Assembly: GCA_964016885.1 (NCBI GenBank)
Contig: OZ024751.1
Coordinates: 46,004,001-46,068,000 of the forward strand
Reading direction: 5' to 3'
Length of the DNA: 64,000 bases
From: Eledone cirrhosa
Lineage: Eukaryota
The position numbers and the translations under genes were made by a program. The notes under the pieces are model-generated. The model worked only from the letters and a program-made list of their open reading frames with translations, was not told where the DNA came from and did no database searches. Shown one piece after another: positions 56,267 to 64,000 of the stretch (position 1 is its first letter; every line of letters begins with the position of its first letter).

Positions 56267-57000
56267 CCCACTACATACCCCACTTTCGCTCACTTTCACA
56301 ATTCCCACTCTCTTATTAAACCACAAAAAACCTCCGCCTCTATATATACCATTACATACCTCACTCTCTATCATTCTCACAATTCCCCCTCTCTCACTAA
56401 ACCACCAAACTCTCTGACCCCCTCTATATCCCACTACATACTTCACTCTCTCACAATTCCCCCTCTCTCAATAGACCACCAAATTATCTTCCCCTCTCTA
56501 TATTCCACTACATGACTCACTCACTTTCACTCTCTTAATTCCCCCTCTCTCACTAAACCACCAAATTTTCTCCCGCTCTCTATATCTCACTGCATATAAC
56601 ACACTCTCTCACAATTCCCCCTCTCTCAGTAGACCACCAAATTCTCTCCCCCTCTTTATATTCGACTACACACCTCACTCTGTTTCACTCCCTTAACCCC
56701 CCTCCTCTCATTAGATTAATAAACTCTCACCCCTCTCTATAACCTACTACATTCCTCGCTCTCTATCACGATTCCCCCTCTCTCACTAGACCACAAAATT
56801 CTCTCCCCCTCTCTGTATTCCACTACATACCTTACTCTCTTTTACTCTCTCTCACAATCCCCCCTCTCTCAGTAAATCAACAATTTCTCTCCTGCTCTCT
56901 ATATTCCACTACAAACCTCACTCTCTCTCACAATTCCCCCTCACTCATCCAGTCACCACATTCTCTCCCCCTCTCTATATAACACTACATACCTCACTCA

Positions 57001-57051
<51 letters not shown>

Positions 57052-58081
57052 ACTCTCTTAATTTGCCCTCTCTCATTAAACCAACAAACTCTACCCCTCT
57101 CTCTATCCTACAACATATCTCATTTTCTTATAATTCTCCCTCTCTCACTAGACCACCAAATTCACTCCCTCTCCCTATATCTCACTACATACTTCACTCT
57201 CTCTAACAATTCCCCCCTCTCACAACAAACTCTCTCCCCCTCACTCTATACCACTATATGCCTCACTCTCCCAATCCCCCTCTCACACTAGACCACTAAT
57301 CTATCTTCCCCTCTACGTACCTCACTCTCTCTCACACTACGTACCTCACTCTCTCTCACAATTTCCCCTCTCTCACTAGACACCAAATTCTCTCTCCCCT
57401 CTCTATATTCCATTACATAGCTCACTCTCTTTCATTCTCTTAATTCCCCCTCCCTCACTAAACCAACAAATACTCTCCCGCTCTCTATATTCCACTACAT
57501 ACCCCACCCTCTCTCAGTAGACCAACAAATTCTCTCCCCCTCTCTATATTCCACTACATACCTCACTTTCTCTCTCTCTCACAATCCCCCCCTCTCTCAG
57601 TAGACCAACAAATTCTCCCCCCCCCTCTCTATATTCCACTACATACCTCACTCTCTCTCACAACCCCCCTCTCTCAATAGACCAACAAATTCTCTGCCCC
57701 TCTCTATATTCCACTGCATACCTCACTCTCTTAATTCCCCCTCTCTTACTAAACCAGCAAATTCTCTGCCCCTCTCTATATTCCACTACGTACCTCACTC
57801 TCTTAATTCCCCTTCTCTTACTAAACCAACAAATTCTCTGCCACTCTCTATATTCCACTACATACACCACTCTCTCTCTCACAATGCCCCCTCTCTCAGT
57901 ATACCAACAAATTCTCTGCTCCTCTCTATATTCCACTACATACCTCACTCTCTCTCACGATCACCCCTCTCTCAGTAGACCAACAAATTCCCTCCCCCTC
58001 TCTATATTCCACTACATACCTCACTCTCTCATAATCCCCCTTCTCTCAGTAGACCAACAAATTCTCTACACCCTCTCTATA
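56070..58081. repeat. Degenerate CT-rich minisatellite, unit ~70-80 bp (CTCTCAGTAGACCAACAAATTCTCTCCCCCTCTCTATATTCCACTACATACCTCACTCTCTCTCACAATTCCCC), roughly 25-28 units
   Basis: CCACTACATAC-like anchors occur at ~57492, 57551, 57636, 57711, 57782, 57854, 57933 and 58009. Units are more diverged toward 56070. Confidence 0.92.
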
Positions 58082-58282
58082 GTCTTGATAAACTCGTGTA
58101 TTACTTCGCTCCGGATTTTTACGGATTATTGTTAAAAAAACTGAGTTCATTGCTCAATTTATTAGCATTGTTTAGTTTAACCCCTTGCCTGGGCCTTCAG
58201 ACGTTGAGTCAACTAATTTTCGCCCCTTTCTGGGGCGAAATTTTCATTTTCATCTCAAAACTCTGTAGACTTGGTGTCAGCA

Positions 58283-59864
58283 ATGGATGCCATTTCCACC
58301 TCGCACACTGTCGTGAGTGCCACGTTCACTAAGAAAAGTGGTGGAGGGAAGGTAGGAGTACAAAACTTGCAGCCTTCCTCCCTCGCATTATCGAAAGACG
58401 TTGAAAATATTGAAACCACGGAACCAAATCCTGTAAATAATACCAGCACCAACAACAAGAACAATGACAATAACACCACAACCAACAACTGCAACAATAA
58501 CAACACCAAGGAAAACATGAACAATATCACCAACAGTGACAACAAAAACAGCAACAAAAAAGACAACAACACCAAAACAACGTTCGCACAGACTGTAAAA
58601 AAACGAACTATACACGCCAATTGACATAACAAATGCTAAACAACTACTACAAGACGCAAAACAATTCGTGACTTTTGGCGAAAACAGTGCTTTTAGCATC
58701 AATTCTCCACAGGTATTACGTAGAGAGGCTGTCCTGGTTTTCAGGACAATATCGAACGAAACAAGAAAACCAGCTCAATTATCACAAAATGAAATTGAGC
58801 TGGTTCTAAAAGATGCAATGAAGGACATAACCTTCATCCAAAAGGGAAAACTGTTTGGTAGCATTTCGGTGCTAATGAATAACCAGCCAACAGCACAAAA
58901 ATACTCTGTATCACCCATTGTGTCCCCCCGCTTCACCTTTTTCCCCACATGCAGGGGAAAAAGGACACAAAGAATAAAAATTTTGAGTATCACACCAAAT
59001 GTAAATATTTGGTGGATACTATGTGGAATCATTGACTTTGATGAAGACAGGATAATCTTAGAAGGAAAGTCCTCCGGAGGTGTATTTGGTGGGACCAGCG
59101 TAGAAGCTCTGGTGCAAATGAGCCCAGAACGAATAACGAATATTCCACAACGCGTGCCTCTGGACGGGCTAACTTATATAAACATTTCAGTGGAGGGAAG
59201 GCGGCCGTCATGTTACCACTGCTTAAGCAGGGGTCGCCTGAGGGCTGCCTGTCCTCAATTAACGAGTAAAAAAAAAACGCTCTTCTGCCAACCCCGAACA
59301 CAACAACACAACCACCACCACCACAACAGCAACAACAACAACCACAACAACACGGAAAAAAATAACAACACAAGACACTGTTCCACCCAACCCTCCCCAC
59401 CTAAAACAAATACAAAAGCAACCACAACAAAGCCCCAAAAGATACCCCTCCCCAACAACACAGAAGAGGACTCCGTATCAACGTCACCCAGTAACGACGA
59501 GGGAGAACCCTTTCAACAGGTGAAAAGGAAAAAAAAAAGGCACCACATTAACAAAAATGCCACAAACACACAACCACCAGCACAAACAGTACAAACATCA
59601 CAAACAAAAAAACCCACCCCTCCCGAAAACATAACACATACTACAAAAGGCAAACACGCACAAGAACAACAAACAAAAACAAAAACAAACACAACACAAC
59701 AAAAATTCTATACATACATTAACAAGAACAATAAAACTTTGATGAAAGCAATAGACAATAACCCTTCGGTGGAAACCGAAGGGATCACTTTCACCTACGC
59801 AGCGAACAAACCGCACCTAATGGTGATTAGGGTCCCAACGGACCAATTGCACCAAACCACTTAA
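58283..59864 (+). pseudogene. LINE ORF1 (nucleic-acid-binding, zinc knuckle), frameshifted
   Basis: ORFs 58271-58624 and 58668-59864 join if one A is removed from the A7 run at 58597-58603 (...TFAQTVK-NELYTPIDITNAKQLLQDAKQFVTFGEN...). CYHCLSRGRLRAAC at 59211-59252 fits CX2CX4HX4C with H replaced by R. Start and end are approximate. Confidence 0.75.
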
Positions 59865-60083
59865 CAGCGTCCTATTGAGATGTTTCCCCACCACCACACC
59901 AGACACGCACACCCCACCAAACACCCTAATCCCACCACACACTGATGTCCTCACCCCACCACAAACCACCACCCCACAAAACATCCCTTCCAACACCCCC
60001 ATGGAAATTGTGCAGCCTGGTCCCCAGGAGACGAAGAGGTAAGTAATTTCCTTTGCACTTCCTTTTAACTCTTCAGCACCAAC

Positions 60084-63000
60084 ATGGCCAATATAAGAGT
60101 TGGATGTGTGAATGCACGCGGCCTGGGGATGTCCTGGAAACAGGGCAAACTCTTAAATGACCTCAGGTCGCACAGAGTGGATGTAATGGTTATTTGCGAG
60201 TCCAGGATCAGCAGCGAGCGCCAACTGGCCCCCATCTTCGACGACTTTGAGATCTACGCATCTCTGTCAGCCGAGGGGTGGGGTGGGGTTGTCGTTCTGC
60301 TGCGAAAATACCTGGGTCTTGCCACACAGAAGGTACACCTGGACCCGGAGGGTCGACTGGTGGTGTTAGACGTCAGCAGTGGTGAAGGTGGAGCTTTCAG
60401 GCTGGTGGCAGCGTATGCCCCATTTGGGACACCGCGACCGGACTTCTTCCGAGGCCTGGAGAATTTTCTGGGAACGTCTCGCTCCTTGCTTTTAGTGGGG
60501 GAGTGGAATGGTATCCTGGATGCACGTTGGGACTATGTAGGGGCATGTCCCGATAGAGGGTGGTGTAACAGCCTCAAACGATTAATCGGCCGATTTGATC
60601 TGGCCGATAGATATCGACTAGATTTTCCGACTGTGCCACTGTGGACGTGGACTAATCGCAGCGGAACATCTAGGTCGTACCTAGATAGGTTCCTAGTTAG
60701 AAATAAGGATAGGGACATATTAAGCTGTCCACGAATGTTCATGGTTGACTATTCGGATCACAAGTTGGTGACCGGAGTGGTCAACCTTGATAGAACTCAT
60801 AGACAGGGACCCGGTTACTGGAAGCTAAACTTGTCTTTACCGACAAACAAAGCTTACAGTAAGCGGATTAGCACCCTAGTTAAGCAGCGGTTGACGAGGG
60901 CAATTGTCAACAGCAGGTGGTGGGGCTCTCTCAAGAGAGAAATTCGAATAGAATCGATAGGTTTTAGTCAGGAATTAGCATCAGATAGAAATAGAACTGA
61001 AAGGGAATTAATAGATAGAGTAGAAGAGGCGATTAGGAGTGGCAACGTGGTCGGCGTGCTGGCGTCAAGAACGGCCCTAGACCAGTTCTTTGATGCGAAG
61101 CACGAGGGCTGCGTTGTCAGGAGTAAAATACGTGCTCTGGGTAACGAGGGAGCCAAAGCTGTTAGCTGGGCCCGAGTGACAGGCAAAAAGTGGAAACAAG
61201 TCCACGATTCGGACTTTGAAGGACCAGGATGGACGCGTGATCCTTGAACCTGAGCGGATGAGCGCAGCCTTTCAACGGCGCTTTGCACGACTGTTCGGGA
61301 GGGGAGGCGGGCCGGGTGGGGCCATGGATTTCGGTCCATATCTTGACGGTCTGGCGCGGCTCTCGGACGGGGAGGCGAAGTCCTGCGAGAGGCCGATTTC
61401 AGCCGCTGAAATAGGGGAAGCGCTGAGCCAATGCGGCAAACGCAAATCTCCGCGTCTCGATCGTCTACCATACGAACTTTATGTAGCGATGCCGGGCTTG
61501 TTCTCCGGTCTCCTCGAGGCGGTCTACTGCAACTGGCAACAGAACGGGAGAATTCCCAGTTCTGTGACCAAGAGCATAGTCACGCTGGTGAGGAAGGACG
61601 AGAACAAGGGGGATGACATAGATAACTTCAGGCCCATAACTCTGCTAAACACAGAGTTAAAGATTTTGGCCAAGGTGTTAGAGAAGAGGTTGGTGCTTGT
61701 CGTCGGGAACCTGGTGGGAGAAGCGCAGACATGCGCAATCCCGTCCAGGTCCATACACGACAACCTCCACCTCATGCGATACATCGTAGAGAGGATAGGG
61801 AACGAACCCGGCTTTGGTGGGGCCCTGATCAACTTGGATCAATCTAAGGCGTTCGATAGGGTCGACCATCGGTACCTGGATCCGGTGCTCGCGGCGGCAG
61901 GCTTCGGACCCGTTTTCAGGGGCTGGATTGCTTCAATGCACAGCAGCAACACCTGCTCGGGGGTCAAGGTGAACGGCTACCTCTCGGAGTCGTTCCAAAT
62001 CACGCGATCCATCCGACAGGGATGCCCTCTCTCCTCCCTTCTGTATGTGCTGGCTCTCGAGCCACTACTGCGGAAGCTGGAACTGTTGCAAGGCATCCCC
62101 TTGGAACCGGGATTGCGGAAAGCGGTGTCGGCCTACGCCGATGACGTGACAGTAATGGTGTCGTGCGCCTCGGAAATCAGGCAGATAGGCACCTTACTGG
62201 AGGAATATGAAAGGTTCACAGGAGCCAAGCTGAACCGGGACAAGTCAGTCGGTTTGCAACTCGGGACGTGGAGAGGCACACCGATGCCCTCCGACGGCAT
62301 CGTCGGACGCTGGACGGAGGGACCGGTGAAGCTGCTCGAGGTTTGGTTCGGACCGGGCCTCCAGGTGCAGAAAAAATGGGACGAGGTACCGGGCAAGGTG
62401 TTTGCACTCGCCCAGAAGTGGGCCGAGTGCAAACTATCCTTGAAAGATCGAGCGGGGGTGGCGAACGCTTATATAGCGTCCAGACCGTTGTGCCTTGCCC
62501 AGAGAAAACACTCGCCAAAATGGAGCGCGCGCTCTCCTTTGGTGAGAAGATGCATCTGCTGTCAACACCCTTCGAACGGAGGGCTGGGGATGCCGTGCCT
62601 GACGATGCGTAGACACGCATTAAGGCTACGGCACCTCCAGGTATTCCTCACCGGTCAGCCGGTGCGGGCCCTATTTGTGAGGCGAGCCTTTCCGAGACTC
62701 GTCTCACTCACCGAGCTGCAATCCTGGGTCAAGCAAAGACCGAGAAAAGTGGGCGCCTGGCACATTGAATGTCCCCAGGCGCTCACGGCCCTCTGGCAAG
62801 TGGATCCGGCAATCAGGGGAGACTCAACCTCAACATTCTATAGAGGGTTGGTGCGCAGTAAGTGCGACGACACTCTCGGAGAGGCTCTGGGAATGGAGGA
62901 AGATGAGCTAGCCAGTCTGTTCGGTAGGACGTTTGGCCCGGGACCGATGGACAACTTCCAAAAGTCCCTGGCTTGGCAATGTTACCGAGGAGCTCTACCC

Positions 63001-63474
63001 GTTCGGGACAAGCTCTACAGACACGGGCGCTCAGGTAGGGACCCTTCGAAGAAGATCTGTCCGAGATGCGTGCGTGACGAGGAAACCGTCGCGCACGCAT
63101 TCGTACACTGCCCGAGCGTTGCTGACCTGTGGGGCTATGTGGAACGACTACTGTCGCGGGTGGGACCAATCCGGTTGACCACCGAGAACATTGTCACGAT
63201 CAAACCGCCTCCCTCTTTCAAAAACGAAGGAGAGGCGGGTTTCCTCTGTGTGATAGCCATGGCGAAAGAGGTTGTATGGTGGACAAGGTTGAAAGGGCTG
63301 AGGTCAGACACCTTTCTCTCCGGCCAACAACTGGTCCTTTTTTTCAAGTACCTCTTTAGAAGAAGGATCAGAATGGAGAGAGAGGTGCTGTACCCCAGCA
63401 AGTTTTATGAAAGGTGGGTGAAAGTAGCGAGAATAGCCCGAGTGAATGGGCCTTCTCTCTATATCAGCCTGTAG
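60084..63474 (+). pseudogene. LINE ORF2: apurinic-like endonuclease plus reverse transcriptase plus C-terminal zinc finger, frameshifted near 61180-61190
   Basis: Endonuclease motifs are NARGL, ICE, GEWN, SYLDRF and SDH. RT motifs are FRPITLLNTELKILAK, LDQSKAFDRVDH, RQGCPLS, YADD (62134) and GGLG. CPRC...ETVAHAFVHC follows. The two ORFs overlap in different frames. Confidence 0.93.
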
Positions 63475-63713
63475 GTGAGAGAGGAGAAGAATGAGAAGAG
63501 GAAGAGAGCACCCGCTCTTTGTGCTCCTGAAGAGGAGGGTTGCACATTTTTTCGGGGGTGTGCGCGACCCATGTCAACGCCCCTCCCTATTGAGGACATC
63601 GATTGTTAAATTTAATTTGTTATATGTTTTTTACACGTCTTTTTAAATGTATGTAAACTCCCTCCCCCCCTTGTCCCAATCTTTGATGCCCTGGTGGCAA
63701 ATAAATAGAAATT

Positions 63714-63723
63714 CCTCTCTATA
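63714..63723 (+). repeat. Right copy of the LINE target-site duplication (CCTCTCTATA)
   Basis: Identical to 58072-58081. It is followed by TTCCGCTACA, which continues the minisatellite unit (TTCCACTACA). Confidence 0.75.
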
Positions 63724-63749
63724 TTCCGCTACACACACATATATATATA

Positions 63750-63780
<31 letters not shown>

Positions 63781-63918
63781 AGTTGACGGACGATAGAAAA
63801 GAGTACTCAATTTGGTTAAGTAATGAGTCTACTGACTCCGGAGTTCCACCTGTACATACATCGGATCGTCAGTCTGGTAAATATTTCATCGATTCCGTAA
63901 AATTATTTATTATATATC

Positions 63919-64000
63919 GGTGGATTGGCAGTATCGGTAGAGGGTCGGACGCCATGCTTTGACGCATAGAGTTACGGCCCTTGCCATTCTGAGTTCAAAT
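63919..64000 (+). mobile_element. 5' part of a second, degenerate tRNA-derived SINE family, cut by the window edge
   Basis: It has an A-box-like TGGCAGTATCGGTAG and a B-box-like GAGTTCAAAT with an extended spacer. This resembles an abundant octopus SINE head from memory. Confidence 0.55.

Larger units (their letters stand above)
58082..63713 (+). mobile_element. Full-length, decayed non-LTR retrotransposon (LINE), L1/Tx1 clade
   Basis: It has a ~200-bp 5'UTR, ORF1 with a gag-like zinc knuckle, ORF2 with APE endonuclease, RT and C-terminal CCHC, and a 3'UTR with AATAAA at 63700. It is flanked by the direct repeat CCTCTCTATA (58072-58081 and 63714-63723). The clade is inferred from domain order and motifs. 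Confidence 0.9.

Noticed and set aside
58255-63401. Antisense and alternate-frame ORFs overlapping the LINE
   Set aside because: They are shadow ORFs with no motifs, apart from the short 62484-62534 segment discussed in findings.
56070-63474. Novel repeat-array plus reverse transcriptase system (retron, DGR or CRISPR-RT-like)
   Set aside because: The RT is a standard APE-type LINE ORF2, and the TSD plus continuation of the repeat unit after the 3' end show insertion into a pre-existing minisatellite.
63526-63545. Second hammerhead at CCTGAAGAG in the LINE 3'UTR
   Set aside because: No stem II closed by GAAA follows, so the catalytic core is incomplete.

Overview
This is repeat-dense animal genomic DNA. 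The microsatellite load and SINE-like fragments suggest an octopod cephalopod (inference from recalled repeat families, not a database match). No host protein-coding gene is supportable. Bases 1-44563 are one 41-bp satellite array (1086 full monomers plus one partial, open at the left edge) with no net indel, layered kb-scale duplications and dyad symmetry in the monomer. Bases 44564-58081 are a patchwork of micro- and minisatellites, tRNA-derived SINE fragments, a possible non-autonomous DNA-element relic, a cluster of ETS-type motifs and a minimal Penelope-type hammerhead ribozyme (53729-53764, minus strand). Bases ~58082-63713 are a full-length but decayed L1/Tx1-clade LINE (zinc-knuckle ORF1; APE-RT-zinc-finger ORF2) with a 9-10 bp target-site duplication, inserted into the last unit of a ~75-bp CT-rich minisatellite. 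I found no CRISPR or other prokaryotic system. The best leads are the hammerhead, the LINE target site and the architecture of the satellite.
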